NCBI GenBank assembly: GCA_000934665.2
Contig: JYFJ02003256.1
Span: 1 to 44,419, forward strand
Direction of reading: 5' to 3'
Source of the DNA: Catajapyx aquilonaris
Taxonomy: Eukaryota
Length of the DNA stretch: 44,419 nucleotides
Shown: piece by piece, positions 12,401-26,400 of the stretch
Layout: each line of letters starts with the position of its first letter
Numbering within the stretch: the stretch's first letter is position 1
Notes under the pieces: model-generated
Database searches by the model: none
What the model saw: the letters and a program-made list of their open reading frames with translations, nothing else
Told to the model about the DNA's origin: nothing
Position numbers and translations under genes: made by a program

Positions 12401-14844
12401 TAAAGTTACAATAAATCTAGAAAAATCTGCTAACTTCTGCCATAAATGACCCAAAAGGACACTGTTCTCAAAACTGTTCTCATATGGGTTAACTCATTAT
12501 TGCATAACACCGTCCAACTTTGTGATATATGAAAACCCAGAACAAATCCTACATGGATTGCATCATTCAAGAATAAAAAGCGACCCATGTTACCTTTTGG
12601 GTATTTATACTCCAAAAACAATCAGCAGCACATCAAGCCATCAGCACTCTCAGTAGTCTGAACGTGTATTAGGTAGCCCCGGACATACTTTATTATGACT
12701 GTACGATAATGTTTATTATGTGTACGAGAGTGTATCGCCAAAAATATTTGCATCGCAGCTGAATTCAAACCGTTTGGGACATGTAACGACTGACGGCCCT
12801 TTCCCCTTCCCGATTCATCACCGCAGCAATATTTGTACCGTATGACAGTGTCCATTTGCGTGAGCGCACATGACTTTACACGGTGTTTAACACGGGTTCT
12901 CTCTCTGATGCGGTGACCGTCGGACAAACACTGCGGCCTGCAACACTGGCGAGGCCTAATAATGGCTGTTGCGGGTTTGGTACACACGCCTCCTCAGCAT
13001 TTACCACGGCTTGTTTGCGCCCATCCTCCCGCATGGCTGCAGACACATGGTTGGATATACACGTGCAGACAGTTGGACTCTCAGCCGAAATTTTGGGGAA
13101 AGCCCCCCCCCCCCNCCCTGATCAGATGAGGTAAAGCCACAGCCGGAAATTGCGACGATACTATGTGCTGAAGCCACCGGATTTAGCGTCCTGTCCGGGG
13201 AAGCTTCCGAGTGCCAAAACGTGCGTTCCGGTTATGCGGCCGGGAAAATTTCACACGCTCAGAAATTGTGCGGATATTGTGCGCACACAAAACTGCATTA
13301 TGTTGTGGACCCAAATTTGGGATGAGGCTTGGTGTTTAACTTTGAATCATCAGTACAAACGCACATTACATGTTGATTTTTTTTTTGTTAACGAGTCGCA
13401 CAAGAACTGGTTTCAGCAAATTGCGCAGAGATTCGGACAGGTCACAAAACCTCATCCTGTCACTTACAGCTAGCAGTCAAAGCGATTCCCTCCAACGCTG
13501 CAAAGTTGTGTACAGTTAACGCTGGAATGGCAACCCGAATGCCTGAAAATCCGTTACCTGCGACATTTCGCCCTGCTGAAATCGCATTTCAGAGGCTGAG
13601 AATGCGAACAATTCCGATTCGCTCTGGGTAACGCAAAATTTCAGAGCGTCACACACACTGTGCCATGCAAATTCTTCAGCGCCTAAAGCCATAGGCAACC
13701 TTGCACAGTACTTTTCTGCCAGTTTATTGACGGTGCCAGATATATCCTCCACAGTTCTTATAAGGGAGAGGGGGGGAACCTTTTTGTGGGGGTGGAGAAG
13801 GCGCCAGAAAGGCCTGGCTCTGACAGTCTAAGAGGATTGGACTCGGGAATCTCCAAAATCGGCCAACAGGCAGCCTTCTTTTGCACTAGAAACCCACAAT
13901 GAAAAAGCCACCTCCCAAAAAATGCCCTTCGCGACACTACAATACGGCTCTAACAAGTCAAGAAAACTTTCAAACCGTTTCTTAACCGGAAAGACGTATT
14001 TGATTCCCACCGAACTTATATCCAAAATATTCAGAGGTATAGGTGGGTGAAAAAAATAAAGTGAATAAACTAGGTGCGGGTTGGTGGAATAAGTCCTACA
14101 GATTTTCTGACTGAGCGAGGAGCATCGACCCGGCCCGGATTTATATCTAATGGCGATGGGATTTATGAGCCCAGAATACATTGGTGTTTTGGAGGGAGAG
14201 GCACTGGCAGAGTACTACTTTATATTCCCACAGAGTTTCATTTTGGTTGGGGTGCTGCGTCCTTTTCGAGGGAGCCTCGCTGTTGCGGAGAACAATCCTA
14301 CTGAATATTATAGTCCCCGTTTTTTGGGAGGGGGTATAAATGAAACGCCCACCCACGTGCTAGACCTGACATATCAGCTTTTTATGGATTTTTCTTCCCC
14401 CCCAAAAAATGAGCAATTAAATCATTAAAAGCGACAGAGGAGGTTCATGCAAGTGGCAGAAATTTTCTATTCGACCCACAAATTTCAGGACGAACGGTGT
14501 GTAATAATCTTTTTTCCCCGGATTTCTTTTTTGTGTGTGTGTGTCATACCCTCAGCACCCGGACAGAATCAATAGTTCGGGTCATGAAGCATTAGAGTAA
14601 AACGCTGTCCTGCTAACCTGCATTAGAAACGAGGTGCAATTTTGACCACGGTGTGTTCGCCCATACATGGATGGTTCATAACTGCCAATTAAACTCGCTT
14701 TATTGACAAAGAGATCCAGGCAGCATCCTCTCGTCCGAGTGGATAGACATCATCAATAAATAATCGAGCAGCTCTCGTGAATCAAAAGAGCGGTGATGGC
14801 ATTCGAAACCTAGAAATGGAGACTCTGCATTCGTAATTAAACTA

Positions 14845-15330
14845 CAGGGTGTGTCAAAAAACTGACTTGTCCCACTTTTTTTGAATGACGCGACGTACGG
14901 TTTTTTGATCCGGCCAAGCTCTTTTGATTGGATTACGAAATCAAGCGAGCAAACTCTGAAACAGAAACTGGCCCTTTCCCTGGCAATGGACGAGCAGAAA
15001 GTGGGAAACCTGATTCCGAGCCCCTGGAATTTAATTACAACTTAGTCGCTCCCTATCGACAAAAAGAGTGATTACCTCGTCCCAAAGTGGTTGCCATCCA
15101 CTCCGGAGTGTAAATTGAACCATGCTGGGCGTTAGGTTTCTGCTGGGCCTCGACGATGGTTTTTGGCCACAGACGGAAGTGAGAGGACATTAATTTGATG
15201 CTAGAAAAAAATAGGACTTGGAGCGTTACCCTTCTCGGAAAGTGAGGCTTGAAAATAAACAAGGGGATAATGTGACTGCAAAATGTATCAGCTTCGGAAT
15301 TTGACTCTATGGACATGATGGGACACCCTG
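14845..15330. mobile_element. Possible non-autonomous Tc1/mariner-type element (MITE), 486 bp
   Basis: TA|CAGGGTGTGTCA ... TGGGACACCCTG|TA: inverted termini match at 10 of 12 positions (first 8 perfect), with TA on both sides (14843-14844, 15331-15332). No transposase inside. Confidence 0.4.
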
Positions 15331-17651
15331 TAGTTACAAGTGTCGTAAAAATCGACGTCGTGTGATTAGGTGGCGAATTTGGCCCCGTTTAGAGATGGTT
15401 TTAATGCTCGGAGGTCATGACCCCTGGTCGTATAAAAATAGCTCAACCAAGGCATTCCTCTACTCTTGTGTTTTACTGCCTACAACCGTACTCCCTGGGG
15501 AGCATAAACCAGAGATTTAGTGTCCCGCCATGTCCACAATCCACCGGAGCCGGATTGGACTGCACCTTTTTGGCAATCCGGGAATCCGGGCGAGGCCATC
15601 TCTCATGCAGGACTCATTCAGAGGGCATAATGGCTCTTTTACCCAGCGGCCCTTCCCCTACTGTTCCTCCAGAGTTAAGGGGGTCTTCTCACAAAGACCT
15701 TACAGATTTGCGAGCAATCTGGAAAACAATAGAGGCGGATAGGAACAAGGAGAAGGACAAAAAGCCTCCGGGTTTTCACCAGATGGAACAGATTATGGAT
15801 CCAGTAAAGCCCCCTCGAGAAGTGTTATTAATAAATTCGCTCCTGTGTTTCTTTGTAAAGTTTTCCTGCCAATTTTTAGGTCAATTTTTGAACGATTTTT
15901 TTTGCGATTGTAAGCTCCTTTCAATTCTCGAGTGAGCTCCGTCGGAAGAGATAATTGAGGCAACGACAGGGAAGCTCCGTGAATGACGGATTGTAGGCCC
16001 CATGGAGCTGATAAGGGATTGCCCAGGGGCCAGAAACCATCCGGGTTACTGGGCTTTTAAATAATGTAAAACGCGCTTGAATAAACCGTGAGCCTATTCT
16101 GACTTTATACAAAAGAAAAGTGTCAGGACAAGGTAGTTTCATATCTATAAATAAAATATGTGGGCAGCTTATTATTTGCTTGGTACAGTAACTGCTGTTT
16201 CCACGGCGACAAACTTTTCTCTGGACACAATTATTTTTTATACAAGCGCACTCCGTCTCATTCAACATGACACCGCGACCTGTTATAAATGCCAATCACC
16301 ATGACTTATTTCCATGGACCTGTCACGTGCTCCCTTGCCAAACAAGCCACCATTTGATATAGGCAGAACCGAGCCAGCAGAGTGCCTTCATGGCCTGTGA
16401 TGGCTGCGAAAGCCCTTGCTGAGGAACCCTCTTTGGCAAGCTTTATATCATCAAGGGTACTTCAGTAGCAGTGCCCTGCTGATGCGTCGCGCTGTTGTTT
16501 TTAATACAATTCCTTTGGTGAATGCCTGCCGAGAAGGGCTCCTAATGCGACATGGAGCCAGAGCCACTTTGAACTGTTTCATTCGAAATTGACATCAAAG
16601 AGAGGCTGCTGGGGAGGGCCTCTTTCTCTATGCTTCTCTCTCTTGATTTTTTTTGGGTGCCCTCACATATTATTTGGGGGGAGGTGAAATTGACAAAAAA
16701 ATGGAGGGTCGCACCTTCACACTGCGGACAGTTCCCATCAATTTTTAGGCTACATTTTGATCGCATAATCAGTGGGAACGACCCTTAGCTGGAGCCATGA
16801 GATATTAAACAATTCTGTAAATGGCACGTGGAAAGTTGCGAGAGGAAACGGTGCAGTCCAGAATTCCTCATCCAGCATTAATAATTATGGGAAGGTTTCT
16901 CAGTAGGAGAGTTTCGAGCCCCATTACGGTGGAAGAGGGGGGGGAGAGTTTCCAAAATTCATAAATATTTTACGAGACATTGGGTGGCAAGGGAGAGCCA
17001 GATTACAATTACAAATTCACGCAGTTAATCCTCACTTTGAACTGGTTCTTATTTCAATTTTCCATACACTTTGGCTCCATGATATTGAGTCCGTGCGCTC
17101 ACAAATCTCCACCATGACATCTGTTTACTCAGCTTGAAACATTTCGCGGTCACATAACCCCAAAGGGGTTTTGGTTGGTCTGGCTTGTAAGAAATTCTTC
17201 CGGATGTCATACTTGCTGCCTTCACATCACTCCGAAAAGGGGCTCCCAACCCCCCTCCTCCTCTCTCTTAGGAGGACGTTAGGAGGAAAGTTTGCGACAA
17301 GTTTTGCTCTCGTAATTTTATATTGCATTGGCTTTATGCCGAAACGCGCCGCCCAGAGACATTGGGTAGGTGCCAACTCCTGCAGATTGGGTAATGCGCC
17401 ACATCATAAACAGCAGCAGTGCCATGCTTTGCAGGCTCTAACTTGCTCTTCGCCTCGACAACGCCCTTTCTCACTCTAAATATCTGATTTCATCCGCAAT
17501 ATCACGCTGATACACATGGCAATTGCCGGGAAAAGGAAAGAAAAAAAGAAAAACGAATGTTCAAGAGCGACATCAATGAGGGAAAAATCTGAACTGCAAA
17601 AGGTAATCGAGCTATCTCTGGAGTAAATAGTTGTACTAGGCTGCTGACCAA

Positions 17652-17652
<1 letters not shown>

Positions 17653-17716
<64 letters not shown>
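17653..17716. repeat. (ATT)21 perfect microsatellite
   Basis: Uninterrupted ATT repeat; it explains the poly-Ile ORF 17502..17720. Confidence 0.97.
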
Positions 17717-20700
17717 GCAAACGCTGTGAGTAAGAATCAGCGTTTTCTTATAACCAGTTCGGTAATAACTGAAGAGAGTCCGAAACCTCAATATCTCCAA
17801 TGGGTTCATCGTTATTTGTAAGCCGTAGAACAACGTCATCTTCTCGTATATCTTTCCTCCAATCCTGATAAGTCTTCCAGGTTGGGAAGGGTTTATTTAC
17901 TAGTTCTATTTGATTTATTAGCGAACCCTTTCAGCCGCAAAGTAAAATAGCCTCTGCCTTAACCCTTTCCCATGACCGATTTTTTTTTCTTATTTTTCAA
18001 GCATTTTCTCTTCCGGCCTCCGTTTCGCCAACTTTGCCATCCAGTCAGCTGCATTTTCTCTCCTGAGAAAGCACATGTCAGGACCAAAATGTGCTTCACC
18101 GAGGATTACTTCAATATCCTTCAACGTCCCCCCCCCCCCTTTTTTTTCGTCCCATTTCCTCAGAATCGGACTTGCCTCCCTCAAAGAATCAAGATTGGTT
18201 TTATGAGGCTGGAGTCCAGGCTAGTTTTTGTTTATTAATTGGCTCGGCTCACAAACAGGCTCATGCAGTACATCTCTCTTGAATGGCAAGGCAATCCTTC
18301 TCTTGTCAAAATAAATGCTTGCCTTGCTTGAGGACATTGCTATTGTCCAGTACAAAAGGAGTAATTTGTACACTGCCAGTTTTGCTCATTAGCGTAATAT
18401 TTTTGCTGCCTGCTTCCTTCGTACCCCACAAATAGGTATAGCAAAACTGACAATTTATGCAGTAAATATTTTGTGTCACTACAGCAGCATCCTAATTATT
18501 CACACCTTCAAAAATCGACCCCCCCCCCCCCTTCCTGTTCAATTACCCTCTATTCCCCTTTGCTTCCAGCTTATAAACCCTAGTATACTCGTGACAGACA
18601 AGGCACCTCGGCTGCTCCACGGCACTTTGCGCCTAAATTTGACACGTCTCAGGCCTTTATCTGACAGCTCTAGAGCACACTGCAACTCTCACTAATACGC
18701 CTATATTCATTGCTTTGGGCTTTCTGACTCCCAGAGGACGTCTTTGTCGGCAGGAACCATCTGATAATCCTTCCCCCAACCTCCTGCCACAAAGTTTGCT
18801 CATGTGTAGAGAGAAGACTAAGATAGTCGGCTTCATAGCTAGAAGCCATTATAATCATACGCCGGCCGAGTCAACTTTTTTTTGTTTTAAGTAAGTGAAG
18901 GGGGGGAATCCAGGAGAAACTTTAGAATCTGACAGATTAGCTGGGTTTCTGTTAGGGTGAGATAGGACCACCGTGTACGATCGGCTTTCCCAAATTTCAC
19001 ATGCAGTGCGGTGCGGTTGTAGATAAACAGGTGTGGGATGGAGGCCTGCAAGCGACAGGTTGGGGGCTGGAATATACTATAGGCATATACACAGTTGCTG
19101 TCGAAACTTTTCTGGGTAGCCCCAAAATGGTGGCACTTTTTTATAGTCAAAACAAGCCTCCGTCTCACTTTCCTGGATTTAAAAAAAATACAAATTGGAC
19201 GTGTGCGGGCGTATTTTTATCACAAAGAAAATTATTCGCAAATTTGCGCCTGGGAATTTTTTCCCCCCTGAACGGGCCCATGATATTTGCGAACCGGAAT
19301 TAAAATGGAATGCGATTAATCCCTTTTACTGCAGCTGCTGAAAGCACTCTGTACTAGACGAAAAAAAATCGATTGTAATGTCTCACAAGGGCCGTCCATT
19401 TTCAATGAGTTTAACAAAAAAAACTGGGAGGGGATGGGGCTACACTCCACCATTTCAGTATGCAGGAAATGACCAGTGCTATGGGCTTTTGGACGGTCCG
19501 TCAAAATCCCTTGGACATTGCCATGCACTTGCCTCCAGCAGAATAATCCGGGCCCTGCCTGAAACTTCGTTGCACAGGCTGGAGGCGACCTTTGACCCAT
19601 CGCCTCTAAAGCCTTCGCCCTGCCTACTTGATTCGGGGATTTGGGAACCTAATGCAAGCCAAGGCTCTTCTGGTCGATAATGTTTTCGTGATGGTCCTCC
19701 CCACTTCAGCAACAAAAATGACTACGAAATAATGTGAAAACTTGCAAAATATTTCTGCTATGCATGCAAATATTTCCTGTCAGTCAGGCTGATTAGGTCA
19801 ATTTTAACGCGCCGACTTGTAAGTATTTCTAATTTTGAAGGAAATGACGAGAAAACGTTACCCGGTCGGTCTATAGAGTTCTCATCGGTAAACAAGACCA
19901 CACACGACTGATTTCGTATGAATGTTCAAAAGTTCGTATTCAATAAAAGGACTGCTGAAGGTGAAAATATTGACATTGCAGCTCTCGAGAACAATACCAA
20001 ATTGGTCCAAAAATAATAGTTCTTGTTATAATAAACCCTCAGCCAACCGTTAAAAAAATCTGAAGTTATATATTATTCACGAGAGAGCAAGAGATGTTTT
20101 TCTCATATACAGTATAAATAGTACAATGGCCATATCAGACTACAAAGGGAAGTGTATAGGTGGCGGGGAAATAAACTCTTGTTTTCAACTGGTTGCCTGG
20201 CAGGCATATTTTATCAAAATGCACAAACGCTGAATTGCAACACACTTTCAAAAAACAATGCCTGTTTTAATATCCTACAAAAGTAAATATTACCATTAAG
20301 CTGCGACTGAAAAAAATGTGCACAATTTCAACACTATATACGGTTGCAAAAAAAATTGTTCTGGGTCATGTCAATGGCAAAATACATTTCATGGTTCCAG
20401 CTTTTTTTACTATGACTATTATGAGCCTTGGGTTCTGGAAATGTTCGAGCCTAAATCAATCGAGATGCTAGTTTGGTCTGGACAAATAGAGGCGTGCGGC
20501 TGAGACGCTCCGTGCTAGACGTCAATTACAGCTGCGCTTGTTTGTTACGTGGACTATAAACATCAAGGGGAAACGGCGGGAATGTGAGTCCCAGGGCTTG
20601 GGAGAAACTAGAAAACGGAGAGCTAGGGTTATATATATAGTGGAAGATACCCGAGATGAAAGTCGCTTTTGCCAGTTTCATCTCTAGGTATTTCAATGCT

Positions 20701-23386
20701 CCGAAATTTCAAAGCGGCCTGGTGTCCCCTTTGAAGTTTCGCTCATTCTATACATTTCTCTCTCTCTCTCCCTCTCCCTCTCTATCTGCCCCTATATAGC
20801 CTCGTCTCACTTGTAGCGAATCCGACCTGAATGAGGCACGGAAATTGGGAAGAAAATTAACTTCATAATGGATGTCATTGGTCTTTAAAAAAGAGGAATT
20901 GTCGCGATGGAGGATGAGACAGCATTCCCCCCCAATCCTGGCACTTTATTCCGCCATATTTCCGACCCATCCCTCCAAAAAAAAAGGGGAAAGTCTGCCT
21001 GCAATTGATTTCGTCTCCATCACTTTCCCCCCAAAAAGTAGCCCCCTAATGGTTGCTTGGTTTTTAAAGCTCTTGGTGTTATGTGGGAGTAGATGTCACA
21101 CGTTTTTTAAAAAAGTTTCAGGACTACTTACTGGCAGTCGTTCCGCGCTATCGGGGGAAGTTACATGGGCTAATTTGCATAATTATTTGCACTTTGGGTT
21201 TCGAGAGTGATCCAGCACCAGCCAAACGGAAGACGAAATGGCGCCAATTGTACCGGAATTAGCGCCACTTAATGGAGAACCAAATGGTTCGTATATGTGA
21301 GAGCCAGACTTTCCCATTTTGTGCAAAATTTGTGCAAAAACCCCCCGAAAAAAATCGTGATGTAATGCAACTATTAGTTTACTGGACGACTGGACGACCC
21401 GAAATCTCAATTTGTTCACCGATTTTTGTAGGTTTCTTAGAACTAAAAAAAAGGAAGACAAAACACTCTGGGGCGCTCTCCTGCGTTGGGTTCCACCCTC
21501 AAGACATTTCATCGATAATTGAGGCCACAAGTTGCGGGAGAACTGCCAACAAGGGCTCCTCAGATTGACTCTAGGAATTCCCTCGCTGACCCCAACCCTA
21601 CACAAGCCTTCCATCTCTGCCTGGGAGAGCTTTATTGCCCTTAAGCGGACGCAACGTCATTGTAAATGACGGACTCGTACCAACAAACTTTCCCCCGGAA
21701 AAAAAATAGTTATAAACATAACCCAATTTCATGGAGCGAGCTAATTATCCAATAATTGATCCGTGTAACGCGGTATGTAAATCCTGTCCATATAATGCCC
21801 ATTACGATGTGACATTGTTGCAGCGAATATTGGGACCGGGGCCTATTTCCCTTCGGAAAAGAAGCGTGTAATCCGGGGACAGAGTTTTGCCATTAGCTCT
21901 TCCTCTCCCAACCAACCCTGGTAGGTGTACCGGTTCGTATAATGTGATGAATCCGCGACATTTATGAAGTGACACAAAAAGGCTTTCGTTTTTCGACCCC
22001 TAGAAACGGTCGAAAAAATTGACATATACCCACAACGGATACAGTATATATTTTTCAAAAAAAAATGTTTTATCTTTTTTTCCCAGAAAAAAGTGAGGAA
22101 TTTAGAGGCATGAAAAGGGATTTCTTATCCTGAGGGAGGATGAGAGTTAGGAAAAGTTTTGAAAAGCTGATTTTTTTTTCGCTCGGAAAAGTTCGAATCC
22201 CATTGAGTGTTGGTGACTTTTTAGTGTGTGAGAAAATGGCTTCGTATTAATCATGCCGGTTTTTTTAAGGTTCCTTTTAGAGAGATATAGGCGCAGAAAA
22301 AACTGTTTGGATGTCGTAACCCGGCCATGAAGTAGATTTGTGACCGGTTATGCATTGTCTGTGAGGTCAGTCCCGGGGCGGGATTTTGGTGGGTCCCGGA
22401 TTCTCTAAATCAAGGCGATATTTCAGAAAATGTCCCCGTAATGACTTTGGAAAATCAGGAGGCCCCTCGACGTTGACGGATCGGAATAGTCCGAATTTCC
22501 AGGAGAAGCGTTTGTCACGAGGTTTATATCAGCTTTATATGTCATTACGCAAATTGGATCCGTCGTCGATACCGCCAAGTTATAAATCCTTTCACATGTT
22601 TTGAATGACTTTTAGGCGAGTCATTTGTCTTGTAAACAGGGAGGCAGTTTCAGCATAATATTTTGAGTAAGCATATATATACATGGTCATTGTTGTCTAC
22701 GTTTAGCAAACAAAGCATTGTGCGTATAGGATACAAACTCTAAAAACTATTTCCATTGTTTTTGAATTATATACGTACGTTCATATTGCAGCCCTGACTG
22801 GAACTAATAGGCTGGATTATTAAACAACATGACAAGCTGTGAGATATAACATGTTGATATTTTTTTTGCGTTTGTAGCACATAAACACGAGTCCATTCAG
22901 TTTCATACAGATCATAAAATTCACATCATCGCCTTTGTGCATTGGCATAAAATAATTCAGTCTTTCACATCTCATTACATATCAGCCACATAAATACTTT
23001 TTGGCAGATTTGACACTCGGTACCGTCAATGGCCTTTCCAGTGTTAGTCATACTGTATAACATTTCATGGTTCTTGTCACTGACATTACAGCCAAATATG
23101 ACAAACCGGATTTGTATACAGCATTACAACAAATGGAACTCGAGTCTCTCTCTCTCTCTGAGCCCGAGTTTCCATCTGGGTTTGTCCCCAGCGGGCCGCG
23201 CAATACCCCGTGAACCGTATCCCTCCAGGGAGAAGAAGCAAGGAGTACATCGGTTTTAATTGACTGTGGCTGGGCTGACATTAAACCTGCATCCGCAGTG
23301 CTGTAAATCGCCACGTGAGAACAAGTGGAGGCGTTTGTCCCGAGACACGGAAAGGCATTCTCCTTTCTCGCCCCTAACCCCCCCTC

Positions 23387-23406
23387 TGCTTGCTTGCTTG
23401 CTTGCT
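23387..23406. repeat. (TGCT)5 short tandem repeat
   Basis: Read directly from the sequence. Confidence 0.85.
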
Positions 23407-26400
23407 TCTCTCTCAGAATGTGTAGCGGCGGCAGCAGCAGCGACTCCAATTTGCAAGGCGAGAGTTGAATAATCTCTGTGGAAATTGCCTGCTTTCGCTC
23501 GGAAAAGGGGTGAGATGGTAGAAGGAGGGGGTGGAGGGGTGGGTAACTGCACGCCAAATTGAAGCCTCGCGTTGGCAAGGGACCTTGAAAGCCGAGAACT
23601 AAACCGCTGCATTTGTTCCATTTTGAACTGGAGGAAAAGGGGCCAACCATCGGCTCACCTAAGAACAACCGAGAGAACCCGGACTGCCAGCTGAGCACTC
23701 CAAGGGACGCCAAGCGACGCCTATTCCGCCTTTCAATTCGAAGTCAACGACGCCTCCTAAAAGGTACGCAGCATGATTATACACGGGGTGTTGCGTATAC
23801 AAACAGGCCCAACTTGTTCGTGGAGGATCAACCGAATATGAATAGAAGAGGGGAAAAAAATTATCCTGACTGCTCAGAGCAACCCAAATGACAGGAAAGA
23901 CACACGGGAAGTATGACTACCAGGATATAACTGCGCAACAGGTCAATTCTTAAGAGACAACAATGACCTGCATGGGTCGCACTTTATCTGCCACACTCCG
24001 CTTAATCGAAGAGCAAACGTGTTTTGATACCAGCTAATCACACGGATGAAGTTGAATCAACAGAACGTGATTTTTTCGGCTTGACCTGCAATTATCTACG
24101 TCGAAAGGCAAACATCGATAAAAAAAGAATTTTTGTGTGCGGATCTATCACACTCAACTGGCTTTTTTTTGAAAGCCGAGAGCACTTTCTTGTTGACTGA
24201 TCATGGATTATGCCTGATAAAACAGGTTCGTGCTGAAAATGGCTACCAGGACCAACTCAAGATGCTGTGGTGTAAAGTGTGGGAGAGAAATCCATTTAAG
24301 CTTCCTATAGGTAGGTCTTTCGGGCTTCCTGAACTTTCTCAACCCCCTCATCCAGCCTCTCTCTCTCTCTCTACCGCGACATCTAATTAAAGATATTGCA
24401 AGAAATACGCATTCTCCACCCGCACTTCCTAATTGCAAATTAGGACCATACCCCAGGTCCGTGATCATTGAAATGCAATTTGTAAGATCCAGGAGGCGAA
24501 GCACTTTCAAACACCAAAGCGCTTCTTGCGATTAAGCTTTCCGAAGCAGTTCACACCAACAGCAGAAGACTTTTTGTACGCAGCGTAAATTCCAGGCACT
24601 TCTTCAAACTGATAAATTAGCAGGTCAAGTAGATAAACGATTCAAAGCGTGTAAGTAAAAATGTATTTAAAAGTAGCTTCAAGTATAAACTGTAAAATTT
24701 AAGCACGTTTCTTGAACCCACATTAAAATGGCCAGCAGAATAATTGTGTTGAAAATACTTTCACCTGTTGCTTTTATTTTCTCCTCTTTATTACACCGAT
24801 AAAACAATTTCAAGTTCTTTATTATTATATTATTTATTTACAGTATATTCGCAACATATAAAATTATACATTACGCGCGTAAATGGATAAACCTTCTCAT
24901 TCACTCGGGAGTGGAAATTCCTTTTATCTGCTCCCGTGTGTAATTGTCCCCCAAAAAAATGCTTTCAATTGATCCTCCCATGCGGAATAAAAATTTTCAA
25001 CTAAGTGGAAAAAGTGCTGATAGTGTACAATACCCTTTCAGAAATGTATAGAACACAACAAAGTACTGAACGTTGCACGATTACAAGTGCACACAAAAGT
25101 GAATGGTGTGAACATTATATCGGGTGTGACGTAAGTATCCTCTTTGCTTCACACGCCCAATAAAATTGCACCCATTTTTTCCTCCTAGCGAATGAAGTGA
25201 GGCTTCATTCTGAAAGCTAATTACTGGGAAAATGACGCCAAGGCGATAGTGATGGCGAGAATAGTGCAAACAAGTCATTATTTGGCTGCCGGGCAACCAA
25301 TGACAATACGTGGTGCCAGATGACAGCTGTCTTGTTATTGCGTTTGATCCAACCCTCCACTTCCAAACGGATTGCAATAAAACCCCGCTCTTTCAGGGCA
25401 ATCAATCAGTATTTCACCCCCCCGAAGCCTACCCAACGCCATATTGATTCCAACACGTGATAAAACCCAATATATCGAGAAATTTTCAGCAAATGGCAGG
25501 CGACGGCATTGCGAAAACTGGGATTGGAAGTTCAATTATGGATTCCAAATTACATTTTGGGTGAGGTGGGCCGTAATGTCACTTCATTTGGGGGCCTCCT
25601 ATGTGTGATGCCTTACATTCAAATTGAATTTAAACTTCAAATGAGTATGTCACATGTAAACGTTTCGTTTGAAGAGTGACCTCCAAAAATTAATACTGAG
25701 TACAGTACTGTAATAATTCATACCGCAAAATGTGCGCTGCGGTCCAATGTTCATAATTATAAAAATAATTATTAATTATATAAATTGATACCCAACAACA
25801 TATTCTATCAGTCATACGTGTAAATTAATTAGTTTGGAAAAATAACATGTTGATCTCTGCATGTGACACACGCACTGTGCCAGAAACTATACAAACGAGT
25901 ATTGTCCAAAACAGGAAATCGCTGTATTTGTGTGTCCTGAATATCTATGCGAGTAATTTGAACATTTAATTGAAAATGTGGCACGTCAACGCCGTAAAAC
26001 TAGGACATGACAGTTCACGTATGACATTTCCCACCCAGCATCCCCCCCCTCTAAAATTTGGGAGGCCCCCGACCATTGAAAAAGCCGCACACAAACATGT
26101 TTCTCCCCAGAATAAAAATGGCGTCCCTGCTGACAGAAAGCACCACGAGGTCTGGTCCATGCCAGATGTTTAAAACCGTCTCATTAATTCGGCATTTATC
26201 TACGACACCCCGAGTCCTGACTGCGGGCTTCCACGTCCTCATTGGATCGTAATCAAGGACACTTTTTGGCTAGTTCCCACCAGTGAGCTAAGCATGTAAA
26301 GCACACAAATTGTGTCGATTTGCACCAGCAAAAAAAAACATTTTGTGCAGAAAACTCACAGGTGGCCTTGTACTCCTTTTTTGCCCACCAAAAAGGACCC

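Noticed and set aside
13103..13118. Poly-C run containing an N at 13115
   Set aside because: Sequencing or assembly ambiguity in a homopolymer, not biology.
15417..15935. 172-aa ORF with a TATAAAA at 15431
   Set aside because: The TATA lies inside the ORF, out-of-frame ATGs precede the plausible internal start at 15630, and the product has no recognisable domain.
17502..17720. Poly-isoleucine ORF
   Set aside because: Artefact of the (ATT)n microsatellite.
17959..17968. TTAA|CCCTTT piggyBac-like terminus
   Set aside because: No matching opposite end nearby.
22191..22201. GTTCGAATCCC B-box/tRNA T-arm-like motif (similar words near 37460 and 42611)
   Set aside because: No A-box or cloverleaf could be built around any of them.
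23048..23713. Longest listed ORF (221 aa), and similarly 34306..34869 (187 aa)
   Set aside because: Both cross microsatellites or homopolymer runs, show no known motifs, and look like chance ORFs in non-coding DNA.
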